Source: a virus (lineage: Duplodnaviria > Caudoviricetes). From it: 29,594 bases of DNA. Positions 9,210 through 18,083 of the stretch are shown here, piece after piece; position 1 is the stretch's first letter; every line of letters starts with the position of its first letter. The notes beneath the pieces were generated by a model. The model saw nothing but the letters and a program-made list of their open reading frames with translations, made no database searches and was not told where the DNA came from. The DNA lies in the IMG/VR virus record IMGVR_UViG_3300031991_000114, positions 1-29,594 of that record; one strand, written 5' to 3'. A program made the translations under genes and the position numbers.

Positions 9210-9640
9210 CGGCGACCAGGGGGGCGCTTCGAGACCCTCTTGCCCGGCGCTTTTCCGTGCTGCGCGATGCGTTGCTCGGGCGGATCGAGGGTCGGCGCGT
9301 CGGGGCGGGCATACCGGAAGCTCTGATCGATATATCCGAGGCGGTGCGTTCGGCGGTTTCCGGCGTCGATGCCGTGGCGGATACAGCGGAGCCGGGCGAG
9401 GACCTGCCGGCCTCCTTGCGCACTCTCGGAACGAAACGAGCTGCCCGAGAGCTCGCGGGCATGAAGACTGGGAGCATCGGCGCGAACGCAGCGGGCAAAC
9501 GGCAGAGACCAACATCGACCCATCGCGACAAATCGACGATCGGCGAGAGCTTTCCCCGCACGGGGGCGAGGGGCACCGGTGTCGTTACATTCGAGTCCGA
9601 TCTCAAGCACGCTATCCTTGTTGCGCTCGGGCGAAGGTAA
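9206..9640 (+). CDS. Hypothetical neck-region protein, possibly degenerate (144 aa)
   Basis: GTGA overlap with the adaptor stop; occupies the neck/tail-completion slot but has no motif I recognise. Confidence 0.45.
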   Translation: MTATRGALRDPLARRFSVLRDALLGRIEGRRVGAGIPEALIDISEAVRSAVSGVDAVADTAEPGEDLPASLRTLGTKRAARELAGMKTGSIGANAAGKRQRPTSTHRDKSTIGESFPRTGARGTGVVTFESDLKHAILVALGRR

Positions 9641-9717
9641 GCCTGGCTCGCGCCTAATATTGGATGCAGTCGATTTCGGTGCGAGAATTGGCGATCGGAT
9701 GAACAGGAGCAGGGTCC

Positions 9718-10164
9718 ATGCCGGCCACGACGCGCGAGAATGCGATTGCCGCTCTCATGTCGATTGTCGCGGGCGCCTATGCCTGGAAGACCGGGCCGGT
9801 CCGTCGGCTCAAGTTGTGGAATGATGTTTCGCACGCGGCGCGCCCAGCGTGCTATCTCTTCGAAGGTGGTGAGGATTCGTACGCGTGGACCGAGAGCGCT
9901 CGACCAAGGCGGGTTATCGAGGTCAGGCTGTTCGTCTATCTGAGCGTGAGAGATGCCGGCGCTATCGGCGCTGTGCGGCTCAACGAAGTCATGGATGCTC
10001 TGGACGCAGCATTCCTACCAAGCGGATCGGACGCGCTTCTCGGCCGGAACTCACTCGCTGGGGCTGTCTACCATTGCCGGATCGAAGGGAAGGTCTTGAA
10101 GGATCCAGGTGACCTCGATGGGGACGCCATGCTCGTTGTACCGGTCAAGATTGTCCTCCCCTGA
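9718..10164 (+). CDS. Probable tail terminator/completion protein (148 aa)
   Basis: Size and position before the tail tube; TRENAIAAL...RPACYL...VVPVKI pattern; GGAG RBS. Confidence 0.7.
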   Translation: MPATTRENAIAALMSIVAGAYAWKTGPVRRLKLWNDVSHAARPACYLFEGGEDSYAWTESARPRRVIEVRLFVYLSVRDAGAIGAVRLNEVMDALDAAFLPSGSDALLGRNSLAGAVYHCRIEGKVLKDPGDLDGDAMLVVPVKIVLP

Positions 10165-10509
10165 TCTCGACTCCGCGCCGCAGGCCGACGTCGCTGCTAG
10201 TGTGCGTCCGGGTGCACCAGTGTAACGGCGGACCCCGTGGAAGGACGCGACGCGAAGGTTGGCGCAATGCAGGTATGGCCGGCACACCTCAAGCGATGTC
10301 GGCTTCGGACGCGGCTCGAAGGCAATACTGCTCGAAGGTCCTACGCGAAATCGAGTCGGTTATGTGGCCACTGCGGGTAGCGAGAAGCGCGAAACTCCGC
10401 GTACCTGCGTGCGGATGCAGGACGGCCCATCGGCGCGTCGAACTGATCCCGCGACCCGCGGAGCGATCCTAGCCGAGACTCGACCTCAATCAAAGTAAAG
10501 GGGAAAAGC

Positions 10510-11247
10510 ATGTATAGCTTCGGAACGGGCATCTTGCTCGGAACCCGTACTGATATACCTAACGCGACACCGGTCAATTTCGGGTTGGTCCAGGAAGTCA
10601 CGATCGAGGAGACCGCGACCATCAAGGAGCTGCACGGACAGTTTCAACGTGCGATCGTCGAGGCGCGAGGTACGATCAAGACGACCGGTAAGGCGAAAGT
10701 CGCGCGAATCTCGGGCCTTGCCTTCGCTCATCTTTTCTACGGCGTGACCCCCACGGCGGGTCAGCTCGCGACTGCCTTCGCGGAGGCCGGCACGATACCG
10801 GCATCCTCGCCCTATACGGTGACGGTGCTGAACGCGGGAGGGTTCGTCGACGACAATGGTGCCGTGTACCTTTCCACCGGCCTGCCGCTGACCAAGGTCG
10901 CGTCGGCGCCCGGCGCTGGACAATATTCCGTAGCGTCGGGCGCCTATTCGTTCAACGCCGCGGATGCCGGGAAGGCTGTGCTCGTCAGCTATACCTACTC
11001 GATGAACGGGTCAGGTCACAAGTTCACGGTGACCAATCAGCTCCTCGGAACCACACCGACTTTCCAAGCACAGTTCTACACGACTTTTCAGAACCAGGCG
11101 GTATCATTGAAGCTGAACAATTGTACGTCGACCAAGCTGAGCTTCAAGACCAAGCTCGAGGACTTCGTCATGCCGGAGTTCGATTTCTCATGCTATGCCG
11201 ATGCGGCCGGGAACGTGATGACCTGGTCGTTCGCGGAGGTTTCCTGA
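10510..11247 (+). CDS. Major tail tube protein (245 aa)
   Basis: Precedes chaperone and tape measure genes; beta-rich with FGLVQEVTI, KELHGQFQ, EDFVMPEFDFSC; purine-rich RBS. Confidence 0.8.
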   Translation: MYSFGTGILLGTRTDIPNATPVNFGLVQEVTIEETATIKELHGQFQRAIVEARGTIKTTGKAKVARISGLAFAHLFYGVTPTAGQLATAFAEAGTIPASSPYTVTVLNAGGFVDDNGAVYLSTGLPLTKVASAPGAGQYSVASGAYSFNAADAGKAVLVSYTYSMNGSGHKFTVTNQLLGTTPTFQAQFYTTFQNQAVSLKLNNCTSTKLSFKTKLEDFVMPEFDFSCYADAAGNVMTWSFAEVS

Positions 11248-11248
11248 G

Positions 11249-11602
11249 ATGCGGCTTCACGCGGAAACAATCAAGCTCGGGTTGCACGAATGGGTCGTCC
11301 GGCCGTTGACACTTCGCCAGGTGCAGGAAATCGAACCCATTCTCATGGAGAGTGCCGGCGTTACCAAGGGCAACGTCGGCGCAGCGTTGGCGATCGTCGC
11401 CATTGCGCTTCGACGTGACGATCCCGAGGCGGCGGGGGAGCTCTGGGATATCGAGGCGACAGCACCCGAGATTGGTGCCGCTATGGCCACGGTGTTGCGG
11501 CTGGGCGGGTTCATCCCGTCGAATCCTTCCGGAGATCCGACATCGGGGGAAGACATGGCGGGCGCGACGATCGCGATCGATGTGCCCGCCTCGACTTCGT
11601 AA
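11249..11602 (+). CDS. Tail assembly chaperone (lambda G-like, 117 aa)
   Basis: Between tube and tape measure; GGAGG RBS; contains slippery GGGGGAA at 11545-11551. Confidence 0.8.
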   Translation: MRLHAETIKLGLHEWVVRPLTLRQVQEIEPILMESAGVTKGNVGAALAIVAIALRRDDPEAAGELWDIEATAPEIGAAMATVLRLGGFIPSNPSGDPTSGEDMAGATIAIDVPASTS

Positions 11603-11847
11603 GCATCTACGCACGTTTGATGACGGCATGTGGTTATACACCTGCGGAGATCGATGACATGGCGTTCTCCGACATCCTCGGCCTATATGCCTATTGGCAG
11701 GATTATCCGCCGCTTCACGAGATCTTGAAGTGCGTATATCGAATCGAGCGCAACGTCGATGCCACCGAGAAGCCCAACGCGACCGATCCGAGTGGTATCG
11801 GAGGGCTCATCGCGCGCTTTCCGCAAGGCTTCGTGCGGGAGGGCTAG
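11545..11847 (+). CDS. -1 frame extension of the tail chaperone (lambda T-like; fusion ~199 aa)
   Basis: The -1 frame is open from the slippery site to TAG 11847 (...LDFVSIYARLMTACGYTPAEIDDM...). Confidence 0.75.
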   Translation, partial: GGRHGGRDDRDRCARLDFVSIYARLMTACGYTPAEIDDMAFSDILGLYAYWQDYPPLHEILKCVYRIERNVDATEKPNATDPSGIGGLIARFPQGFVREG

Positions 11848-11898
11848 GTCCGCCGTATGTCTCGAAATCAATCATGACGCAAGCGAGGCGACCTACAT

Positions 11899-13197
11899 AT
11901 GACTGATGACGTCGTCATCAAGCTCAATGCCGATGTCTCGGACTTGGAGCGTGGGTTGCGGGAAGCCGCGACCGCTATGGAATCGACGCTAGGTGCGTTG
12001 CGAAGTGGTGCGGGGCAGCTCGATGCCAGCTTCGCGTCTGTGTCCCGTGGTTATATGGCAAACGCAGCTCAACGGCTATCGAGTGCGCAGGCTTCGGGCG
12101 CCGCGGAGCTTGTAGTCGCTCGCCAAAACGAGGCGAGCCGATGCGATATCGCCTTGAATGGCGTGAGGGAGCAAATTTCACTCGTTCGCCAGCAAGCCCA
12201 AACCGCGCAGATTTCGCGCCAGCAGGAGCTCTCGAGCCTTCTCGGCCTCGACAGGCAACGGGAGGAGATCGAGCGCAACCAACTCCAGTTCCTGGCCGGA
12301 ACCTATCGACAAGGAACGGCCGCGTATGGCGCAGCGCAGGCCAGGATGACCGAGGTTGCGAGCGAATCGGCGGTTCGACGACAGGAGATCGAGCGAACCG
12401 CAACGTCGCAAATGCAACACGACTATCGGCGCTCGTTCGATCAAATCGGTACCAGCATATCACGCTCGATCTCCGGCATGATCGCAGGCACGACATCCCT
12501 GCGGGACGCCGCGCGAAACATCTTGCTGCAAGTCGTCGAGACGTTCATCCAGGCTCGCATTCGCATAGTCACGGATTGGCTTGCCGGCGTTGTCGCGCAG
12601 ACTGCGGCGACGACGGCTGGCGAGGCGTCGAAGACCGCGGCGGTAGCTTCCGGAACCACAGCACGCACGAGCATGGAAACGACGGCCACGGCGACCTCGG
12701 GCCTGAGCGTCATTTCCGGCATCCTGAAAAGCATATTCGCGTCCGCCGCGCAGACATTCGCCGGCATCTTCGGTTTCCTGTCGCCGGTCATGGGGCCTGC
12801 CGCGGTCGGGCCCGCTGCCGCTGGGCAAGCCACGGTGCTCGGCGTGGCCAGTGCGCTGCCAGCTTTCGATGTGGGCTCCTGGGAGCTTCCCGGCGACATG
12901 CTCGCGAAGGTTCACAAAGGTGAGATGATCGTCCCGGCAGGCCCGGCGGCGGCGTGGCGCGTGGCGCTCAACGACGGTCCGGTCGGTGGGCGCGGCGGCC
13001 AGGTCGCTGGCGATCTATCGCAACAGCGAGATCGCAGTGTCGCGGTGAGCCATTCGACGAACATCAATATCAATGCGATCGATGCGGCCAGCGTCAAGAA
13101 ATGGTTCAAGAATAACGAGCGCGAGCTGATGCGGACGATCAATGAAGGGGTCCGAACCGGCGCGCATCTCGGGCTGGGCAAGCTCGGCTCCGCATAG
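11899..13197 (+). CDS. Short tape measure protein (432 aa)
   Basis: N-terminal VVIKLNADVSDLERGL, Ala/Gln-rich helical body, C-terminal FDVG...VHKGEMIVP motif; GAGG RBS. Confidence 0.88.
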   Translation: MTDDVVIKLNADVSDLERGLREAATAMESTLGALRSGAGQLDASFASVSRGYMANAAQRLSSAQASGAAELVVARQNEASRCDIALNGVREQISLVRQQAQTAQISRQQELSSLLGLDRQREEIERNQLQFLAGTYRQGTAAYGAAQARMTEVASESAVRRQEIERTATSQMQHDYRRSFDQIGTSISRSISGMIAGTTSLRDAARNILLQVVETFIQARIRIVTDWLAGVVAQTAATTAGEASKTAAVASGTTARTSMETTATATSGLSVISGILKSIFASAAQTFAGIFGFLSPVMGPAAVGPAAAGQATVLGVASALPAFDVGSWELPGDMLAKVHKGEMIVPAGPAAAWRVALNDGPVGGRGGQVAGDLSQQRDRSVAVSHSTNININAIDAASVKKWFKNNERELMRTINEGVRTGAHLGLGKLGSA

Positions 13198-13222
13198 GCG
13201 ATCAGCAGGGCGGACCTTTCCA

Positions 13223-15514
13223 GTGACCTACATCAACGGTGTGAACCTGCTTCCCGGAACGGGTGAGTTCACCTACGATACCGTGGCGCACATGGGGCGG
13301 CGACCGGCAACGGAACCGGCCGCGGTTCCGATCAACGTCTACGATTCCGGCGCGACGGCGGCGAGCTATGCCGGTGACACGACGGACTTCATTCGCGCGA
13401 TCGACAACCTGCAAGCGCAGTTCCCGGGGTGCACGACCGTCGCGTTGATCGTCTCGTGGTTCTTCAATTCCATCGATTCAGGATCGTGCAAGGTCTATCC
13501 GAGCACGACCTATATCGGCGGGACTTTCTCGTATTGGAACGGCTCGGCCTGGGCCACGGATACATGGCGCTGCTCCGGCTTGACAGAATCGTCGAGCGGC
13601 TTGATCCCGATCTCGTCGAGCGGCGGCAAGTTCAGCTACGGCGGAACCCCGTCGGACCCGTCCATCGTGCGGGCGATCCAAGAGCTCAAGGCGCGTGGGC
13701 TCCGCGTGGTCTTCTACCCGTTCTTGCTCGGCGACCCGCCGGACAAGACCTTTCCATGGCGCGGCCGTATCACCACCTCGCCGGATGTGTCGATTGGGGC
13801 TGCTGCGGCGGTCGCGTCCTTCCTCGGAGGTGCCGCGCTCGGAGACTTCGTGCAAGACGTGTCGAACCTGACGATCAACTATCTCGGCGGAAACTCGCTC
13901 GACTTCACCTTCAGAAGGATGATCCTCCATTATGCCAATCTTTGCGTTCTAGCTGGTGGTGTGGATCTTTTCATAATTGGATCCGAGCTGCGCGGCTTGG
14001 AGACCATTCGGGGTGCCGGCTGGACGATCTCAGGGGGCGGCCCGCCCGCGGTCTGGGACTACCCCTTCGTCGATGGATTGATCGTGCTCGCCGATGATGC
14101 GCGCTCCATCTTCGATGCCGCGGGGCTCACAAAAAACCTTGCGACGAAGAAAAACCTTATCTCCTATGCCGCGGATTGGTCGGTGTGGATGGGGACGCGA
14201 CACAACGGCTCGAGCCCGTCGAACGTCGGTCAATGGCCGCACCTCGACAAGCTCTGGTCGCACTCGAATATCGACATCGTCTGCATAGATAACTACATGC
14301 CGCTGTCGGACTGGACCACTGGTGAGGGTGGGCTCGACGTGCTCTATTGGTCGTCCCCGAGTTTCGTTGGCACCTGGCCCCCGGACGAGACGCAGATGAA
14401 CGGGCTCGGCCTTCCCGGAATGCCGACGCTCTATTCGAAGCCCTATCTCAAGGCCAATATCGAAGGTGGCGAGAAGTTCCACTGGTTCTACGCCAATAGC
14501 GAGAACCTCGGGGTTGGGCTGGATCCGAACGGAACCGGGGCGCAAGTCTCCGGCCCGGAAGGGGATCGTCGTGCGCAGGTCCGCACACGGTTCTATCCGA
14601 ACCAGGAGATCCTCGCCAACAAGCAACTCAGGTGGTGGTGGAACAACCAGCACAAGGCGATGTACGACACGGGTGCCGGCGAGGTTCCGCAGGGCAATGC
14701 GACGGCATGGGCTGCGCGGGCGAAGTCGATCACCTTCTCGGAATACGGGTTTCCGACCTGCGACAAGTCCACGAACCAGCCGAATGTGTTCTTCGACCCG
14801 AAAAGCGTGGAAAGCTTCACGCCGTTCTGGTCGATGTGGGTGCCGGCCTTCGGCGGAGGCTATCTCCCCCTCGAGAACGCGACTCTCGTGCCGCTCGCGC
14901 TTCAAGCGATCCACGAATATTGGTTCGTGGACGGCAACAACGAAACCTCGGGCGGTGGTGTCGTGATGCTCGACCAGGCTTTCTGCTCGGTTTGGGCCTG
15001 GGATGCGCGACCCTTCCCGATCTTCCCGCGGCGCGTGAACGTGTGGGGCGATGCGCCGAATTGGGCAGCGGGGAACTGGATTCAAGGCAAGGGGCCGTTC
15101 TTCGCGCCTGTCGCCCCGGACCCGCCGCCAGGGCCGGGCACCTATCCGGCCTTTCCCGTGCTCGCCGGGCAGGGTTGGTCTGTGCGCTATACGCCGTCGA
15201 ATGTGACGATCAAGGCCGAGCACGTCTCGGGACGCGAGGCGCGCGCTGCACGTACCTCGACTGCGTTGCTCGAGGTCGAGCTCACCTATGACGTGCTCAG
15301 GATGGACGATCTGGCCGGCCTGGAAACGCTCGCGGGATTCTACCTGGCTCAAAACGGAGCCGACACGCCGTTCACCTTCACAGTGCCTCCGGCGCTCGGG
15401 TTCGGGATCTCGATCGTGGCGAGGTTCGTCGACGACCAGCTCGACCTCGAGGGATTTGTGTCGCGTCTCTGGCACGGCGAGTCGGTGAAGATCAGGCAAG
15501 TGAGGGGGGAATAA
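13223..15514 (+). CDS. GTA TIM-barrel-like (megatron-type) domain fused to a C-terminal DUF2460-like domain (763 aa)
   Basis: YGGTPSD, FPWRGRIT, FRRMILHYA, GGVDLFIIGSELRGL, ISYAADWS, IDNYMPLSDW, DKSTNQPNVFFDPKS, VWAWDARPFP match the RcGTA g15 TIM-barrel family. The last ~120 aa resemble 15685-16293. Start chosen at GTG 13223. Confidence 0.88.
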   Translation: MTYINGVNLLPGTGEFTYDTVAHMGRRPATEPAAVPINVYDSGATAASYAGDTTDFIRAIDNLQAQFPGCTTVALIVSWFFNSIDSGSCKVYPSTTYIGGTFSYWNGSAWATDTWRCSGLTESSSGLIPISSSGGKFSYGGTPSDPSIVRAIQELKARGLRVVFYPFLLGDPPDKTFPWRGRITTSPDVSIGAAAAVASFLGGAALGDFVQDVSNLTINYLGGNSLDFTFRRMILHYANLCVLAGGVDLFIIGSELRGLETIRGAGWTISGGGPPAVWDYPFVDGLIVLADDARSIFDAAGLTKNLATKKNLISYAADWSVWMGTRHNGSSPSNVGQWPHLDKLWSHSNIDIVCIDNYMPLSDWTTGEGGLDVLYWSSPSFVGTWPPDETQMNGLGLPGMPTLYSKPYLKANIEGGEKFHWFYANSENLGVGLDPNGTGAQVSGPEGDRRAQVRTRFYPNQEILANKQLRWWWNNQHKAMYDTGAGEVPQGNATAWAARAKSITFSEYGFPTCDKSTNQPNVFFDPKSVESFTPFWSMWVPAFGGGYLPLENATLVPLALQAIHEYWFVDGNNETSGGGVVMLDQAFCSVWAWDARPFPIFPRRVNVWGDAPNWAAGNWIQGKGPFFAPVAPDPPPGPGTYPAFPVLAGQGWSVRYTPSNVTIKAEHVSGREARAARTSTALLEVELTYDVLRMDDLAGLETLAGFYLAQNGADTPFTFTVPPALGFGISIVARFVDDQLDLEGFVSRLWHGESVKIRQVRGE

Positions 15515-15684
15515 TGCAGGCCTTTCGTGCGGAAACTTCGATCGCCGACGGCCCTCTGCAGATCGAGGCTGTCGCGCCGTTCATGCGAGTTGTCGGCGAT
15601 CGCTCGGAATGCGCAATTTTCGATCTCCATGTCAAGTACGACGAAGATATCGTTCGGCTTACCCGAAACGCTACGGTGCATTGA
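15514..15684 (+). CDS. Small hypothetical protein (56 aa, not in the ORF track)
   Basis: TAATG overlap with the upstream stop, GAGGGGG RBS, TGA abuts the next ATG; MQAFRAETSIADGPLQIEAVAPFMRVVGDRSECAIFDLHVKYDEDIVRLTRNATVH. Confidence 0.5.
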   Translation: MQAFRAETSIADGPLQIEAVAPFMRVVGDRSECAIFDLHVKYDEDIVRLTRNATVH

Positions 15685-16293
15685 ATGCCCCCGCCCACCT
15701 GTCCCGCGCTCAAAGGCCAAGGTTGGTCGGTTCACAAGAAGCCGTCTTTCTCGACCAGGAAAGCCGCGCACGTGTCCGGCCGCGAGGTGAGGGCACCGTT
15801 CTTCTCCACTCCGCTCTACGAATTCGAGCTGACCTTCGACGCGCTCGATTCGAATGGGACATTTCTAGGCGCCGGTGCGAGCTCGCTACAAAGTCTCATG
15901 GGTGTCTACCTGCAAGCTCAGGGAAGCTACGGCACATTCCTCTACATCGATCCGACCGACAACGCCGTGACGGCGCAATGGATCGGGGTGGGCACAGGCG
16001 TCCAAACGACCTTCACCTTCATGCGCACGCTCGGGGTCGTGACCGAGCCGGTGTCCTACGTCACATTAGTCTCGAATATCTCTCTTGATGGCGTGAACCA
16101 GCCCACGGGATGGGTCACGTCCGCGCCGCGAACGCTCACCTTCTCTGCCGCGCCCCCCAGCGGCGTTGTCGTTACAGCGACCTTCACCTACGCCTTCGAA
16201 TGCCGATTCCTCGAGGATCAAGTGGATTTCGAGAACATCATGAGCGGGCTGTGGCAGGTCGAAAGCCTGAAGTTCAGGAGCGTGAAATCGTGA
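15685..16293 (+). CDS. DUF2460-family distal tail protein (RcGTA g12-like, 202 aa)
   Basis: FSTR...SGREVR, GTGVQTTF, TFSAAPPSGVVVTATF, CRFLED motifs; position before DUF2163. Confidence 0.88.
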   Translation: MPPPTCPALKGQGWSVHKKPSFSTRKAAHVSGREVRAPFFSTPLYEFELTFDALDSNGTFLGAGASSLQSLMGVYLQAQGSYGTFLYIDPTDNAVTAQWIGVGTGVQTTFTFMRTLGVVTEPVSYVTLVSNISLDGVNQPTGWVTSAPRTLTFSAAPPSGVVVTATFTYAFECRFLEDQVDFENIMSGLWQVESLKFRSVKS

Positions 16294-16415
16294 CCTTTGC
16301 GTCGCTCCTCGATGCAGGTCGTCGCAGCCCGTTGAGTCCGATCGGTTGCTCGACCGTGTTTGTTGCTGCGACCTTGCCGGCAGCGTTGATCCTTCGATCG
16401 GTGTCAATGCAATGA
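16290..16415 (+). CDS. Possible 41-aa peptide bridging DUF2460 and DUF2163
   Basis: GTGA overlap upstream, ATGA overlap downstream, AGGAG at 16276-16280. Confidence 0.35.
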   Translation: MTFASLLDAGRRSPLSPIGCSTVFVAATLPAALILRSVSMQ

Positions 16416-17284
16416 GAACCGCATCCCCTCCCCTTCTCGCGCATCTGAATGCACTGCGCTCCGGTGACGGGAGAACCCTCGTCGCGGATTTGTACACGTT
16501 CACGCTGAGCACTGGCCAGGTTCTGACCTATTCCTCCGCCGATGTCTCGATCACATGGAACGGCTACACCTATCTCGCGAATTCGGTCCTCGTTGATGGC
16601 TTGAGCTTCAAGTCCGCAACAGGCCTCGATGTTGACCAGCAGCAGATCACGATCATCGCGCGCGACACTGACACGGTCGGCGGGGTCCCCGTCCTGAAGG
16701 CCCTGCGGGGCCGGATCTTCGACGGCTGCGAGATCGTGCGCGAGCGCGCGTTTCTCACAGCATGGAATACCGCGCCTGTCGGGACGGTGATCTTGTTCAA
16801 GGGGCGGATCGGCACGATCGACAGGATCGGCCGGACCGAGGCCGAGATCACGGTCAACTCGGATCTGGTGCTTCTCGACCTCGAGATGCCGCGCAACATC
16901 TACACCGCGAATTGCCAGCACGTGCTCTACGATTCCGGGTGCGCCGTGGTCAAGGAATCGTTCGGTGCGAACGGGTCGGTCGGCGTCGGCTCGACGCGGA
17001 CGGTCATCCTCTGGCCCGGCGGGAACGAGGCCTACTCTCAGGGCACGATCACGTTCCTGACTGGCACCAATGCCGGGGTGAAGGCGAATGTCAAGGTCGG
17101 CTACACGACTGGTGGAGGGGGGCTGACCCTGAGCTACCCGCTTCCTCTCGAACCCGGGACCGACGACACATTCCGGGTCTACATGGGGTGCGATCACACG
17201 AAGAGCACATGTGTGGTTAGGTTCGACAACATCATCAACTTCCGCGGTTTCCCCAATGTCCCGCCGCCGACGCAGGCGTTTTGA
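16412..17284 (+). CDS. DUF2163/BR0599 baseplate hub protein (RcGTA g13-like, 290 aa)
   Basis: GLDVDQ, CQHVLYDSGC and C-terminal GCDHTKSTCVVRFDNIINFRGFPNVP. Confidence 0.92.
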   Translation: MRTASPPLLAHLNALRSGDGRTLVADLYTFTLSTGQVLTYSSADVSITWNGYTYLANSVLVDGLSFKSATGLDVDQQQITIIARDTDTVGGVPVLKALRGRIFDGCEIVRERAFLTAWNTAPVGTVILFKGRIGTIDRIGRTEAEITVNSDLVLLDLEMPRNIYTANCQHVLYDSGCAVVKESFGANGSVGVGSTRTVILWPGGNEAYSQGTITFLTGTNAGVKANVKVGYTTGGGGLTLSYPLPLEPGTDDTFRVYMGCDHTKSTCVVRFDNIINFRGFPNVPPPTQAF

Positions 17285-17382
17285 GGATGGAGCCCGAGAT
17301 AGCTCAGGGGTTTCCTGGCATCGCCGGGGATCTACCCTCTCGCGCTTCGCGGTTTTCTTCCGGCCCTTCGGGTGCTAACCGC

Positions 17383-17832
17383 ATGGAGATAGGGGTCGCA
17401 CGACAGCGAGATCGCATCGTCGCCGAGGCTCGGAAATGGGTCGGGACGCCATACCATTGCCAGGCGGACGTGCGTGGCGCCGGGGTCGATTGTGGTATGC
17501 TCATTGTTCGGGTCTTCGTGGATACAGGGCTGTGCGAGCCGTTCGATCCGCGTCCCTACAGCGATGACTGGTTCATGCACCGCACGGAAGAGCGCTACCT
17601 CGCTGTCGTGCTAGAGCGATGCAAGGAGGTGCAGGCCGCGCGGCCAGGTGATGTCATGGTGTTCCGCTACGGACGATGCTACTCGCATGGCGGAATCGTC
17701 GTAGGCGGCGATCCCGTGACCATCGTGCATGCCTATCAACCGGCAATGTGCGTCATCGAGGAGCCGGTCGCGGGCAATGGCGCGTTGGCAGCCCCGAGCC
17801 GTCGACCCCGAATCTTTTCGTACTGGGCATAG
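17383..17832 (+). CDS. NlpC/P60 phage cell-wall peptidase (RcGTA g14-like); start could be 17281 or 17287
   Basis: EARKWVGTPYH, GVDCGML (catalytic Cys), PGDV, SHGGI, IVHAY. Confidence 0.92.
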   Translation: MEIGVARQRDRIVAEARKWVGTPYHCQADVRGAGVDCGMLIVRVFVDTGLCEPFDPRPYSDDWFMHRTEERYLAVVLERCKEVQAARPGDVMVFRYGRCYSHGGIVVGGDPVTIVHAYQPAMCVIEEPVAGNGALAAPSRRPRIFSYWA

Positions 17833-17846
17833 CGCGGGCGGATGAC

Positions 17847-18083
17847 ATGCGGATCCAAACCTTTGCAGACGCGTCAGGCAAGCCGCTCGTGCGCCGGCGG
17901 ATCGAGAACATCGACGATGCGCTCGCCGAGATTCGCGGGCTGGAGGCTCGAATCATGGAGCAGGCTCGCACGATCCGGTCGATGGCCGCCGAGATTGCAT
18001 CGCTGGCGATCTTTCGCGATGGCGAGATCGCATTGCTCGATCCATCGGCCACGCCAGACGCGAATAGCGAGTCGTTGTCATGA
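17847..18083 (+). CDS. Small coiled-coil hypothetical protein (78 aa)
   Basis: ATG 17847; heptad-like IDDALAEIRGLEARIMEQARTIRSM; ATGA overlap with the next gene. Confidence 0.55.
   Translation: MRIQTFADASGKPLVRRRIENIDDALAEIRGLEARIMEQARTIRSMAAEIASLAIFRDGEIALLDPSATPDANSESLS

Noticed and set aside
9718-13197. Contractile injection system or tailocin
   Set aside because: No sheath or wedge baseplate genes, and terminase, portal and capsid are present.
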